Shown: positions 1 through 9,590 of the stretch, piece after piece
How the letters are laid out: every line of letters starts with the position of its first letter
How positions within the stretch are numbered: the stretch's first letter is position 1
NCBI GenBank assembly: GCA_944350335.1
Contig: CALVOQ010000003.1
Coordinates: 1-34,683, forward strand
Source of the DNA: an uncultured Bacilli bacterium
GTDB taxonomy: Bacteria; Bacillota_I; Bacilli_A; RF39; UBA660
Direction of reading: 5' to 3'
DNA: 34,683 nt
Made by a program: the position numbers and the translations under genes
Notes under the pieces: generated by a model
Databases searched by the model: none
Told to the model about the DNA's origin: nothing
What the model saw: only the letters and a program-made list of their open reading frames with translations

Positions 1-4
1 AATT

Positions 5-559
5 ATGAAAAAAATTGATAGAAGAACGAAATATACACTAAATGTTATCAAAAGCACAATATTGAAATTAATGGAAGAAAAAGAAGCGAGCAAAATCACT
101 GTAACTGAATTATGCAAAATCGCTGATATTAATCGCGCTACATTCTATAAATACTATGTTGATATATATGATTTAATAGAAAAAATAGAACTTGAATTAT
201 ATAACAGCATAAAAAAAAGTATTGAAACTATAGAAAATGAAGAAAGTATCAAACCTTTTATAAATAACATTATAAAGATAATATATGAAAACCAGGATGC
301 TTGTAAAGTATTGTTTGGTCCATACGGAAATAAAGAATTTATAAAAAAAGTTGTATACTTAGCATATGTTAAAAGTGCAACAGAATGGAAAAGAAAATTA
401 GAAAAATATTCTACTGATCAAATTGATTACATTTTTAATTTTTTTGCATTTGGTAGCGTAGGTATAATAGAAAATTGGATAGGAAATAATTTTTTAGAAA
501 AGCCTAAAGAAATATCGGATTTAATAGTTACTTTATGCGATAATTTACTAAACAACTAA
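5..559 (+). CDS. TetR/AcrR family transcriptional regulator
   Basis: N-terminal TetR HTH pattern DRRTKYT...ITVTELCKIADINRATFYKYY; 184 aa. Confidence 0.9.
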   Translation: MKKIDRRTKYTLNVIKSTILKLMEEKEASKITVTELCKIADINRATFYKYYVDIYDLIEKIELELYNSIKKSIETIENEESIKPFINNIIKIIYENQDACKVLFGPYGNKEFIKKVVYLAYVKSATEWKRKLEKYSTDQIDYIFNFFAFGSVGIIENWIGNNFLEKPKEISDLIVTLCDNLLNN

Positions 560-583
560 AAAAACATTAATTTATAATATTTT

Positions 584-1501
584 TTAATTCATAAAACCTT
601 TAATAATTTCTATTTCAGCTTCTTCTTTAGTTAATCCCAATGTTTGTAACTTTAACAACTGATCCTTATTTATTTTCCCAATCGCAGCTTCATGCGTCAA
701 TTCAGATTCAATATTATTAGCAATAATTTTAGGAGTGGAAGCAACTTTAGCATTATCCATTATAATTGCATCACATTCTATATGACCAAAACATTTATTA
801 TTACCTACCATTTCACTTATGAACTCTTGAAAACTATTATTTTTAGCAATACTTCTAGATATTAAATTAGCTTTGCAATTTTCACCTTTAAGATTTATGT
901 CATATGTTGATATTACTTCGTCACTTGAAGCAGTCATTAATTTTTCAAAAATATCAAGGACACTATTTTTTTCTAAAACTGCATTTGTTTTTCTGATTGA
1001 TTTATCAACGCCACTAATTTGAATAGTCTCTATTTCTAAAATAGAATTTTCTCCTAAATTGACAAAAGTATCAGTGTTTATAACTTTATTAGAATCAATT
1101 TGTCCACATCCATAATGTTTTTCAACATATTTTACTTTACAATTTTTCCCTATGTTAAAAGTATGAATTCCCGAATGCATACTAGTTATCTCACAATCGT
1201 TATGTATTGCGCAACCAGCAACTATAGTTATTTCAGCATCATCTTTAACATTATAATCATTATAAACGGTATCGTTAAAACCTTCTGTAGTAAGTAAAAC
1301 CGGGATTTGAACATATTTACCTTTTGAACCTTTTTTAACATTTAATTCTATACCTGCTTTATCTTTCTTAGTTACAATATTAACCTCATCCGTAGAATGT
1401 CTACTAATAACTTCACCATTTTTTCTAATATTATGAATGCTATTAGAATCAATTTCTTCATTTAATATATTAAATAGTATATCATTATCTTCTCTATTCA
1501 T
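584..1501 (-). CDS. sufB: SufB/SufD-family Fe-S assembly protein (SmsB-like)
   Basis: SufBD beta-helix C-terminal motifs GHIECDAIIMD and LTHEAAIGKI...L..LGL..EEAE..II.GF. Start moved to ATG 1501 behind GAGG (1507 is an alternative). Overlaps the sufC-like gene. Confidence 0.8.
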   Translation of the reverse strand: MNREDNDILFNILNEEIDSNSIHNIRKNGEVISRHSTDEVNIVTKKDKAGIELNVKKGSKGKYVQIPVLLTTEGFNDTVYNDYNVKDDAEITIVAGCAIHNDCEITSMHSGIHTFNIGKNCKVKYVEKHYGCGQIDSNKVINTDTFVNLGENSILEIETIQISGVDKSIRKTNAVLEKNSVLDIFEKLMTASSDEVISTYDINLKGENCKANLISRSIAKNNSFQEFISEMVGNNKCFGHIECDAIIMDNAKVASTPKIIANNIESELTHEAAIGKINKDQLLKLQTLGLTKEEAEIEIIKGFMN

Positions 1502-2207
1502 CTTCATCCCTCATACATTTCTTACATTTAGATTCATTTAAATATTTTTTAATTTTATTTTTATTTCCTATTTCTTTAATTACCCCATCATCAAAGACAA
1601 CTACTTTATCAGCAATATCAAATAACCTTTCTTGATGAGAAATAACAACTAATCCATTTTTTTTATCCTTTTTTATATCCCGAAATATCTTGGTCAAATC
1701 TTCAAAACTCCATAAATCAATGCCAGCTTCTGGTTCATCAAACAATAAATATTTACCTTGTTTTGCCAAAGCAGTAGCAATTTCAATACGTTTTAATTCT
1801 CCACCACTTAAATTATTATTAACTTCTCTATTTAAATATTCTTGTGCACAAAGTCCTACTTTCTTTAAAAGTTCACGGCCAACATAATCATCATAGTAAT
1901 AAGACCTACTAATACATAGTAAATCTCTCACAGTTAATCCTTTAAAATTAACAGGTGTTTGAAAAGTAAATGTTATTCCCATATTAGCTCTTTCATATAT
2001 TAATTTATCTGTTATATCACAACCATCCAAAATAACTTTACCAGAGGTAGGTTTAACTAAACCCATAATTATTTTTAACAATGTGCTCTTACCACTCCCA
2101 TTAGGCCCTGTAATTACTATAAAATCACGCTCATTAATAGTCAAATTGATATCATTAAGTATGACCTTATCATTTATTTTATAACTAATATTTTTTAGTT
2201 CTAACAT
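1494..2207 (-). CDS. sufC: SufC-like ABC ATPase (SmsC-like) with C-terminal CxxC
   Basis: Walker A GPNGSGKST, signature LSGGELKRIE, Walker B LLFDEPEAGID, C-terminal CKKC. ATG 2207 preceded by GGTGA. Confidence 0.8.
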   Translation of the reverse strand: MLELKNISYKINDKVILNDINLTINERDFIVITGPNGSGKSTLLKIIMGLVKPTSGKVILDGCDITDKLIYERANMGITFTFQTPVNFKGLTVRDLLCISRSYYYDDYVGRELLKKVGLCAQEYLNREVNNNLSGGELKRIEIATALAKQGKYLLFDEPEAGIDLWSFEDLTKIFRDIKKDKKNGLVVISHQERLFDIADKVVVFDDGVIKEIGNKNKIKKYLNESKCKKCMRDEDE

Positions 2208-2226
2208 TTTTATCACCAACAAAAAA

Positions 2227-2255
2227 ATTATATAATATATAAAAGACTAAGTCAA
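2227..2255 (-). promoter_or_regulatory. sigma-A-type promoter of the sufC-sufB pair
   Basis: TTGACT-17 nt-TATAAT on the minus strand. Confidence 0.7.
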
Positions 2256-2258
2256 AAA

Positions 2259-2283
2259 AATACTATAGAATAACTATAGTATT
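2259..2283 (-). terminator. Intrinsic terminator after cotJC
   Basis: AATACTATAG-5-CTATAGTATT inverted repeat followed by a T-run on the minus strand. Confidence 0.65.
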
Positions 2284-2296
2284 AAAAAAATAAACA

Positions 2297-2857
2297 TTAT
2301 CTTAATCCATTCTTTTTATATTCATCATGTAATTCTTTAAATCTATTAAAATGCACAACTTCCCTTTGTCTTAAAAAACTTAGTGGCGCTAATAAATCAG
2401 TATCATCCGTTAAATCCATAAGATTTTCATAAGTAGCTCTAGCCTTTTCCTCTGCAGCCATATCTTCTTGTAAATCTACTATAGCATCACCAGTAGATTG
2501 AAAATAAGCAGCAGTAAATGGAACACCATTAGCATCTACTGGATAAATACCTTTTTTATGTTGTACAAAGAATGTATCTAACCCAGCATCCTTTAATTCT
2601 TTTAAAGAAGCATCTTTAGTCAATTGATAAATCATAGTTTGTATCATTTCAATATGTCCAAACTCTTCCACAGCTATATCTGTGAGTAATGCTTTACCTT
2701 TTGCATCAGGCATAGTATATCTTTGGCAAAAATACCTTAGCGATGCGCTAAGTTCACTATCCGGTCCACCCAACTGAGCCATAAGTAACTTAGCCATGCG
2801 TAAATCTTTTTTTCTTATATTAATTGGATATTCTAACATTTTTTCATATTTAAACAT
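2297..2857 (-). CDS. cotJC: Spore coat protein CotJC (manganese catalase family)
   Basis: YEK.LEYPINI, QLGGPDSEL, DIAVEEFGHIE, EDMAAEEKAR, FLRQREVVH..RF; directly downstream of the cotJB-like gene. Confidence 0.9.
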   Translation of the reverse strand: MFKYEKMLEYPINIRKKDLRMAKLLMAQLGGPDSELSASLRYFCQRYTMPDAKGKALLTDIAVEEFGHIEMIQTMIYQLTKDASLKELKDAGLDTFFVQHKKGIYPVDANGVPFTAAYFQSTGDAIVDLQEDMAAEEKARATYENLMDLTDDTDLLAPLSFLRQREVVHFNRFKELHDEYKKNGLR

Positions 2858-2858
2858 T

Positions 2859-3386
2859 TTAATTACCCCCTTTATCCCAAGGCCATGGATTCATGTACCA
2901 ATTATATTTATCTCCCATCACAGAAAATGAACATAAAGGTCCATATTTTTTTTCATAAGTTTCTTTAATTGCTTCTAATTCTTTACTATAAGATCTATAC
3001 TTTTCAAACATTTCCATATCAGATGGGTACACATCCAAATACAAATTCAAATCTTTTATTGCAAATGTCAACTCCTGTATTTTAAGAAGCATTTCATCTC
3101 TTTCACCTTTCACAACAACTTTATAAATATGACTTTTATAAGGATCGTATATATTCTTAAACATTCCACCTTTATTCAAACCATCTTTAGGTATACTTAG
3201 TTCATTTGACATATTTTCTCTATAATTATTAATATTTATATTATTTATGTCATATATTTTGTTATTTTTAAAATGATATACTTCATGATTATTGATTTCA
3301 TTATAATCTTTATCTTCAACTTTTAAATAATTATTTGTCTCTTCCCCAACATAATCCAAATTATTATCTCTTTCATCAAAATACAT
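2859..3386 (-). CDS. cotJB: Spore coat protein CotJB with N-terminal CotJA-like segment
   Basis: CotJB motifs DLNLYLDVYP, YEKKYGPL, W...PWPW; upstream GLNKGGMFKNIYDPY resembles CotJA; GGAGG RBS. Confidence 0.8.
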   Translation of the reverse strand: MYFDERDNNLDYVGEETNNYLKVEDKDYNEINNHEVYHFKNNKIYDINNININNYRENMSNELSIPKDGLNKGGMFKNIYDPYKSHIYKVVVKGERDEMLLKIQELTFAIKDLNLYLDVYPSDMEMFEKYRSYSKELEAIKETYEKKYGPLCSFSVMGDKYNWYMNPWPWDKGGN

Positions 3387-3525
3387 TTTTTTAAACCTCC
3401 CTAATGTATAGTATGATTAATTAAATACCAAGAAAAGGCATATGACTAATTTTTTATATGTAAAGGTTTAAAAATATATTGTCCAAGACATATTATTAAT
3501 GTTAAAATGTAATTATGGTGATTTT

Positions 3526-3975
3526 ATGGAATACAAAATAACAACAAATAGTGAAGAAGAAACAATCGAATTAGCGCAAAATATAGAAAGCGAGAAATTT
3601 CCAAATATGATAATATGTTTACAAGGTGATTTAGGTAGTGGCAAAACAGTTTTTACAAAAGCATTTGCCGCATCTATGGGCATAGAAGACAACATTACTT
3701 CTCCGACATTTACAATTATAAAAGAATACGATAGTGATATTAAATTATTCCATATGGATGTATATAGATTAAATGAAGTAAAAGAAGATATTGGTATATC
3801 AGAATACTTTAATAAAAAAGGTGTATGCATTATTGAATGGTCAGATTTAATTGAAGACATCTTACCAAAAAACAGGCTAGATATAAAAATAAACATAATT
3901 GATGAGAATACAAGAATCTTTAAAATAATTCCACATGGAACAAAATACGAAGATTTATGCGAAAGAGTGCTATAA
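3526..3975 (+). CDS. tsaE: tRNA threonylcarbamoyladenosine biosynthesis ATPase TsaE
   Basis: L.GDLGSGKT, ITSPTFTI, HMDVYRL, IIEW motifs; ATG 3526 behind GGTGA. Confidence 0.95.
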   Translation: MEYKITTNSEEETIELAQNIESEKFPNMIICLQGDLGSGKTVFTKAFAASMGIEDNITSPTFTIIKEYDSDIKLFHMDVYRLNEVKEDIGISEYFNKKGVCIIEWSDLIEDILPKNRLDIKINIIDENTRIFKIIPHGTKYEDLCERVL

Positions 3976-3981
3976 CTCTTT

Positions 3982-4938
3982 TTAATTTAAATCTTTTTTT
4001 AAAAATAATAAAGAAGAAATAACAAAACCCAATATAGCATACACAAATAACAATAAGTTTCCATTAAACAAAGATAAATTAGTGCCATACTGCATATTAA
4101 ACTCTACAAGACTTAACCTATCGTTAAATATAGTATAATCTAAATAGGGCAAAAAACTATACATTAAAAAACTTATATCAAAGTTTAATAACCACTGAAA
4201 AATAACTAAACCAAAAACATTTACAAAAAACATAAAACTTATTGAAAATACTTTATTAAATAGTGCCAAAGAAATAAAAAACGATAAAATACCTACAAAT
4301 ATGATTGGTAAAGAATTACAGATAAATTTTGTAAAAGTTAAATAATAATAATTTATATCTACAACTTTATCATTTAATACAACAGATTTAGTAATATATA
4401 ATAAATCAAACGACTTATCCACACAAATCATTGAAAGTGTGTATGAGATAAATAAAAATAAATTTATCAACAATACTAGCAACACTACAGTTAAAAAGAA
4501 AGCAAAATATATTTTAAATCTACTATACTTTTTTACTAAAAAATGTTTAATTGTACCACATTTGAATTCATTCATTAATAATGATGATCCAACAATTATA
4601 GATATTATAGACAAAAACACTTGAAATTGATAAATTGTATCAAAAGAATATAAATTATTAACAATTTCATAATTATTTAATTTTGTCGCTTTAATAACTT
4701 CATCAATATAATCTTCGTAAAGTTCTACATATCTATTATAATTTCTATTTGGATATAATTTTAAAAACTCTTCTTCATTTAATTTGGATTGAACGTTAAT
4801 AAGATTATTATCACTTTCATAATGGTTATAAGACAAAAAATTTACGACAAATGAAGCAATGAGTATTATTGCCAAAATTATAATAAAATAACTCTTTTTA
4901 ATTTCTCTAAAAAACAATAAGTTTACCAATTTTAGCAT
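3982..4938 (-). CDS. ABC-2-type transporter permease
   Basis: Multiple hydrophobic segments, EFK.GTIK..L....SR motif; overlaps the upstream ATPase gene. Confidence 0.8.
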   Translation of the reverse strand: MLKLVNLLFFREIKKSYFIIILAIILIASFVVNFLSYNHYESDNNLINVQSKLNEEEFLKLYPNRNYNRYVELYEDYIDEVIKATKLNNYEIVNNLYSFDTIYQFQVFLSIISIIVGSSLLMNEFKCGTIKHFLVKKYSRFKIYFAFFLTVVLLVLLINLFLFISYTLSMICVDKSFDLLYITKSVVLNDKVVDINYYYLTFTKFICNSLPIIFVGILSFFISLALFNKVFSISFMFFVNVFGLVIFQWLLNFDISFLMYSFLPYLDYTIFNDRLSLVEFNMQYGTNLSLFNGNLLLFVYAILGFVISSLLFLKKDLN

Positions 4939-5618
4939 ACATTTACCACACTTCCTATTACTTTTCCCTCCAAATCAGAAGAAAAATCCGAGTTATTTAT
5001 TATGTCAACAATTTCACCTTTTTTTATTAACATCAATTTGTCACAAATCTTATTTAATTCTTTTATATCATGTGATGAAATTATAATTGTTGTATCATTT
5101 ATAGATAATAATAATTTTCTTAAGTTAACTACACTTTTTATATCCAAAGCATTAAAAGGTTCATCTAAAATTAAAAAGTCTGGTTTATTCATCAAAGCTA
5201 TAATAATTCCTAATTTTTGTTTCATACCTAAAGAATACTTTTTAACTTTCTTATGCAAATCTAATTCAAACATATCTATTAATTTTTTTACATAATCATA
5301 GTCAAAATCACCATAAAATTTTGCCCAAAATTTTAAGTTTTTAATACCAGTCCAATTATAATAAAGATTTGGACTTTCAATTAAAAAACCAACATTATTT
5401 GGCAAAATTTTATATATTTTAGATTTTCCATCAAACAAAACCTCCCCATCAAAATTAACGAAGCCTAATATACATTTTAGTAATGTTGTTTTACCACTTC
5501 CGTTAAGCCCAATAATTCCTATAATATCACCTTTCTTTATGTTCATATTAATATTTTTTAATATAATATTATCTTTTACATTTTTATTTAATTTTTTTAT
5601 CTCTAAAAAATCATTCAT
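4932..5618 (-). CDS. ABC transporter ATP-binding protein (BcrA-like exporter)
   Basis: GLNGSGKTT, YSLGMKQKLG, LILDEP, ISSH; ATG 5618 behind GGGAGG. Confidence 0.9.
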   Translation of the reverse strand: MNDFLEIKKLNKNVKDNIILKNINMNIKKGDIIGIIGLNGSGKTTLLKCILGFVNFDGEVLFDGKSKIYKILPNNVGFLIESPNLYYNWTGIKNLKFWAKFYGDFDYDYVKKLIDMFELDLHKKVKKYSLGMKQKLGIIIALMNKPDFLILDEPFNALDIKSVVNLRKLLLSINDTTIIISSHDIKELNKICDKLMLIKKGEIVDIINNSDFSSDLEGKVIGSVVNVC

Positions 5619-5694
5619 AAATCCTCCCATTGAGCAAAATATAACACATACGTAGATAACTTACAAATCACTAAAATTCAATTTTATAACAAAA

Positions 5695-5729
5695 AAAATC
5701 AAATATTATTTATACAAATATTTGATTTT
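5695..5729 (-). terminator. Intrinsic terminator after glyA
   Basis: AAAATCAAATATT...AATATTTGATTTT inverted repeat with T-run on the minus strand. Confidence 0.55.
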
Positions 5730-5756
5730 AATACACTAAAATATTTCAATTTTTAA

Positions 5757-6977
5757 TTAGTTATACAATTTAAATTTTTTTAATAAATCTATAATATTAC
5801 TTCTTATATCAGTTAACACTTCATGATTGTCTTTATTTTTAAGCGCCTTAATTATATATTCGCCAATAAGTTCAAATTCCTTTTCCTTAAACCCTCTAGT
5901 AGTCATCGCTGGAGTGCCGAGTCTTATCCCACTAGTTTTAAAAGGGCTTTCGCTGTCAAAAGGAATACTATTTTTATTACATGTTATGTTAACACTTTCT
6001 AATATTTGTTCTGCTTCCTTACCATTAAGGTTAAAACTTGTTACATCAACCAAAATCAAATGATTATCCGTGCCACCTGTAATAACTCGTAATCCACCTT
6101 CTGAAATCTTTTTTGCTAATGCTTTGGCATTTTTTATAACTTGTTTTTGATAAACTTCAAAAGTTGGATCAAGTGCTTCTACAAAACATACAGCCTTCGC
6201 AGCAATAACATGCATCAAAGGCCCACCTTGAATGCCCGGAAAAACAATCTTATCAATTTTCTTTGATAATTCTTCATCATTGGTCAGAATTATTCCACCT
6301 CTTGGTCCTCTCAAAGTCTTATGAGTAGTACTAGTAACTATATCAGCATATTCACAAGGATTTGGGTGAAGTCCTGTTGCGACCAGCCCTGCGATATGCG
6401 CCATGTCAACCATCAAATATGCTCCAACTTTATCCGCTATTTCTCTAAAACGTTTAAAATCAATAATCCTAGAATAAGCACTAGCGCCAGCAATTATCAT
6501 CTTTGGTTTCTCTTCTAATGCTATTTTTTCTACTTCGTCATAATCTATAAGCTCCGTATCTTTATTAACACCATACGATATAACTGTGTAATCTAAACCA
6601 CTAAAATTAATGGGATGCCCATGAGTTAAGTGCCCACCAGCACTTAAATTCATTCCAAGTACTTTATCACCAATATTTAAAAGCGCTTTGTAAACAGCCA
6701 TATTAGCCGAACTCCCTGAATGAGGTTGAACATTAACATATTTAACATTGAATAATTTCTTTAATGTATCTCTAGCAATATTCTCTATTTCATCAACAAA
6801 TTCGCAACCACCATAATATCTTTTTGATGGATATCCCTCTGCATATTTATTGGTTAAAACGCTTCCTTGAGCCTTCATAACATTCAAAGAAACAAAGTTT
6901 TCCGAAGCAATTAACTCAACATTATTTTGTTGTCTATATAATTCGTTATCAATATTATCAAAAATCTCTTCTATCAT
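5757..6977 (-). CDS. glyA: Serine hydroxymethyltransferase
   Basis: [31 protein letters not shown]-lysine motif [12 protein letters not shown]. Confidence 0.98.
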   Translation of the reverse strand: MIEEIFDNIDNELYRQQNNVELIASENFVSLNVMKAQGSVLTNKYAEGYPSKRYYGGCEFVDEIENIARDTLKKLFNVKYVNVQPHSGSSANMAVYKALLNIGDKVLGMNLSAGGHLTHGHPINFSGLDYTVISYGVNKDTELIDYDEVEKIALEEKPKMIIAGASAYSRIIDFKRFREIADKVGAYLMVDMAHIAGLVATGLHPNPCEYADIVTSTTHKTLRGPRGGIILTNDEELSKKIDKIVFPGIQGGPLMHVIAAKAVCFVEALDPTFEVYQKQVIKNAKALAKKISEGGLRVITGGTDNHLILVDVTSFNLNGKEAEQILESVNITCNKNSIPFDSESPFKTSGIRLGTPAMTTRGFKEKEFELIGEYIIKALKNKDNHEVLTDIRSNIIDLLKKFKLYN

Positions 6978-6990
6978 ACAACACCCATCC

Positions 6991-7944
6991 TCAGCTTAAA
7001 ACAGCTCCTTCATCACTAATAACATCTTTAAAATATTCTTTAAACTTAACTAATTCTTTTTTCTTAACATCTTCATAAACATTTTTTGCGTTCTTAATTG
7101 CATTATACACGTGATGTATTTTTAAAACATTTAGATTTTCAAAAACAGCATTAGAAAAAGCATTACCTAATAGAGCTAAAGAAATATCTGGATACCTATT
7201 ACCAATTTCATATATACGTTTATATTCATCCGTCATTTGAACTAAAAATTCACAAATTCTTTGTTTAATATAATCAGTATATGTAACTTTCACACCAGTT
7301 TGTTGTTCAATTTTAGGCATTGTGCCTAATAAAATTTGTATAGTTTCTTCTTGCGTTGGTTCAGCAACATCTACTCTTTGAAAACGTCTTAAAAAAGCAC
7401 GATCTCTCAAAATATAATATTCATATTCTTCAGTAGTTGTTGCACCTATCATTTTAATGGTACCTCTATCTAATCCAGGTTTTAACATATTCGCAAAATC
7501 CACATTCAAATTTGTAGTATTTCTACTTACAAGTAAATGAACTTCATCAATAAAAAGAATTATATTAGATCTTTCTTTTAATTCATCGACTAGTAACTGT
7601 AACCGATTCTCATTCCTACCTTCACTAACTGCATTACCTAATAAACTAGTAATATTAACTTTTATCAACTCGTAGTTTTTTAAAGCATCAGGCACTTCCC
7701 CTTTTTGCATTCTATAACCCAAACCTTCAACAATAGCAGTTTTACCAATACCTGGTTTACCAGTAAGTAAAGCACTTTTTTCAGGAGTTAACAAAATTAG
7801 TATCATCTCATTAATTTCTTTGTCTCTTCCAATTGCTGGATTAGTAATATAAAACTTTTTACTTAAATTTTCGCCATAAGTCTCTAAAATACTAAACTTT
7901 TGTTTTGAATTATCAAAATTAACAACTTCCACATTATCATTCAT
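6991..7944 (-). CDS. Stand-alone ClpA/B/C first nucleotide-binding domain (AAA+ ATPase)
   Basis: [46 protein letters not shown]; no Clp N-domain and no second NBD. Confidence 0.85.
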   Translation of the reverse strand: MNDNVEVVNFDNSKQKFSILETYGENLSKKFYITNPAIGRDKEINEMILILLTPEKSALLTGKPGIGKTAIVEGLGYRMQKGEVPDALKNYELIKVNITSLLGNAVSEGRNENRLQLLVDELKERSNIILFIDEVHLLVSRNTTNLNVDFANMLKPGLDRGTIKMIGATTTEEYEYYILRDRAFLRRFQRVDVAEPTQEETIQILLGTMPKIEQQTGVKVTYTDYIKQRICEFLVQMTDEYKRIYEIGNRYPDISLALLGNAFSNAVFENLNVLKIHHVYNAIKNAKNVYEDVKKKELVKFKEYFKDVISDEGAVLS

Positions 7945-8007
7945 TTGTATCCACCAATTATATTATAATAAAAAAAAAGTAATATTACAATTTTTTTTAT
8001 AAATTGG

Positions 8008-8036
8008 TTGACTTTATAAAACTAATTTAATATAAT
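8008..8036 (+). promoter_or_regulatory. sigma-A-type promoter of tRNA-Asn
   Basis: TTGACT-17 nt-TATAAT ending 11 nt upstream of the tRNA. Confidence 0.8.
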
Positions 8037-8047
8037 ACTTATGCAAT

Positions 8048-8123
8048 GCCTGATTAGCTCAGTTGGTAGAGCACACGGCTGTTAACCGTTAGGTCGCAGG
8101 TTCGAGTCCTGCATCAGGCGCCA
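8048..8123 (+). tRNA. tRNA-Asn (GTT)
   Basis: Cloverleaf: GCCTGAT/ATCAGGC acceptor stem, GCTC/GAGC D-stem, CT-GTT-AA loop, GCAGG-TTCGAGT-CCTGC T-arm, encoded CCA. Confidence 0.97.
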
Positions 8124-8126
8124 TCT

Positions 8127-8158
8127 AAAAAAAATACAATTCATACGAATTGTTTTTT
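8127..8158. terminator. Bidirectional terminator between tRNA-Asn and the small Zn-ribbon gene
   Basis: ACAATTC-ATAC-GAATTGT hairpin flanked by an A-run and a T-run. Confidence 0.6.
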
Positions 8159-8345
8159 ATTTGTTATCAATTGTTTTCCATTCAGTAGTACCACAAGTCT
8201 TACAAATTGATGGTCTTAAAACTTTAACACCTTTAGGTAGTATCTTTTCTTCAAACGTAATACATAAAAGTCCGCTTTGATGATCTATATAAGCAAAACC
8301 TAATTCACTATTATTATCACAGTTTGAACATCCCGGATTTTTCAT
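8157..8345 (-). CDS. Small zinc-ribbon-like protein (62 aa)
   Basis: CSNC...CKTCG pairs; strong AGGAGG RBS. Confidence 0.7.
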   Translation of the reverse strand: MKNPGCSNCDNNSELGFAYIDHQSGLLCITFEEKILPKGVKVLRPSICKTCGTTEWKTIDNK

Positions 8346-8477
8346 TAAATTACCTCCTATTATTTATATTGACAAATGAATATAATAATATGCAAAAAAA
8401 GACAAATATTTAACATAAAATGCTTTTTTAATAATAAAATCATTTACAAAAACCATAAAATATCATATAATATATAT

Positions 8478-8555
8478 GTTCTTGAAAAAAGAACAAATAT
8501 TCACAAATGTGTTCAACAACACAAAAACTCTAGTCTAATCTAGAGTTTTATTTTG
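8478..8555 (+). ncRNA. Candidate small RNA (or leaderless 20-aa ORF 8476-8538)
   Basis: TTTACA-17-TATAAT (8443-8471) points into a GTTCTT-GAAAA-AAGAAC hairpin, a C/A-rich stretch and an AAAACTCTAG/CTAGAGTTTT terminator. Confidence 0.4.
8524..8549. terminator. Intrinsic terminator, probably bidirectional
   Basis: AAAACTCTAG-TCTAAT-CTAGAGTTTT perfect 10-bp stem. Confidence 0.7.
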
Positions 8556-9590
8556 TTAAATAAAGTTAATTTTATTTTTATCTTTTTCGTTTATATAAAT
8601 AGTGATATCATATCTTTTTAATTCATTCAAATTATAAATGCTTTTTTGTTTAAGTCCATCTATTAAAGTACTTATAACGTCACGACTATTTACATGGAAT
8701 GATACGTAGAGATCATTTCTATTCTTTTTTATTACTAAATCATAATAATTTCTATAATAATTTGCAACTATTTTAATCTCGTTATCCAAACTATCGTCAT
8801 ACTTAATATTATATTTATTATCATAAATATGATTAAACTTAACATTAACCTCATCAGAATCAATGTCAAACATATTAGTTTCACGAGACATTGTATAATA
8901 CTCAGAAAAATCATCTACTTCTTCTAATCTATAAATATCAAACATTAAATATCCAAAGCTACAACCTAGTAAAGAAATTAATATAATATAATAACGGTTA
9001 TACTTTTTAAAATTAAAAACACCAATATTTAATTTATCAACAATACACCTTAAAGAAAAACATACAATAAGTATCAAAACAAAAGAAATTAAAATAAAAC
9101 TATAAAGTTCTATTCCATCTAAAAATGCTACAACATTTATAAAAAATATAATCCCTAGAAAAAATAAAACAATATATAAAATAATACCAACAATAAATAA
9201 AATAATTTTATTGGATTTTGAAAAAACATAAGTGTTCTTACTATAAGAAGTTACCCCATTAGTTTTATTTTTCTGATGAAAAACACTTTTCTCAGCTTTA
9301 CTAGTTTTTTTTCTAACAGTTTTAAACAATTTAAGTTTCTCTTTTAAAACACAAAAAAACTTATTAAAACTATTTTTAATTCTTTTAAAAAAAAGTTTGG
9401 TTTTATAAATTGCCATTTCTTTTTTTACAATAAAGTCCAAATTTAAAGATTTAATTACATCTTTTTCTTTCACTTTAATCATCTTTTTACAAATCATATT
9501 GTCATATTTTTGTAAAATATCTTTTTTACTTCTGTCATCTAAAAATAAAAGTTTCTTATTTAATATTTCCAAAAACTTCTTTTTTCGCAT
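8556..9590 (-). CDS. Membrane protein with DUF1700-like N-terminus
   Basis: M.K..FL..L...L..L......DIL..Y start, three hydrophobic segments, soluble C-terminal domain. Confidence 0.6.
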   Translation of the reverse strand: MRKKKFLEILNKKLLFLDDRSKKDILQKYDNMICKKMIKVKEKDVIKSLNLDFIVKKEMAIYKTKLFFKRIKNSFNKFFCVLKEKLKLFKTVRKKTSKAEKSVFHQKNKTNGVTSYSKNTYVFSKSNKIILFIVGIILYIVLFFLGIIFFINVVAFLDGIELYSFILISFVLILIVCFSLRCIVDKLNIGVFNFKKYNRYYIILISLLGCSFGYLMFDIYRLEEVDDFSEYYTMSRETNMFDIDSDEVNVKFNHIYDNKYNIKYDDSLDNEIKIVANYYRNYYDLVIKKNRNDLYVSFHVNSRDVISTLIDGLKQKSIYNLNELKRYDITIYINEKDKNKINFI

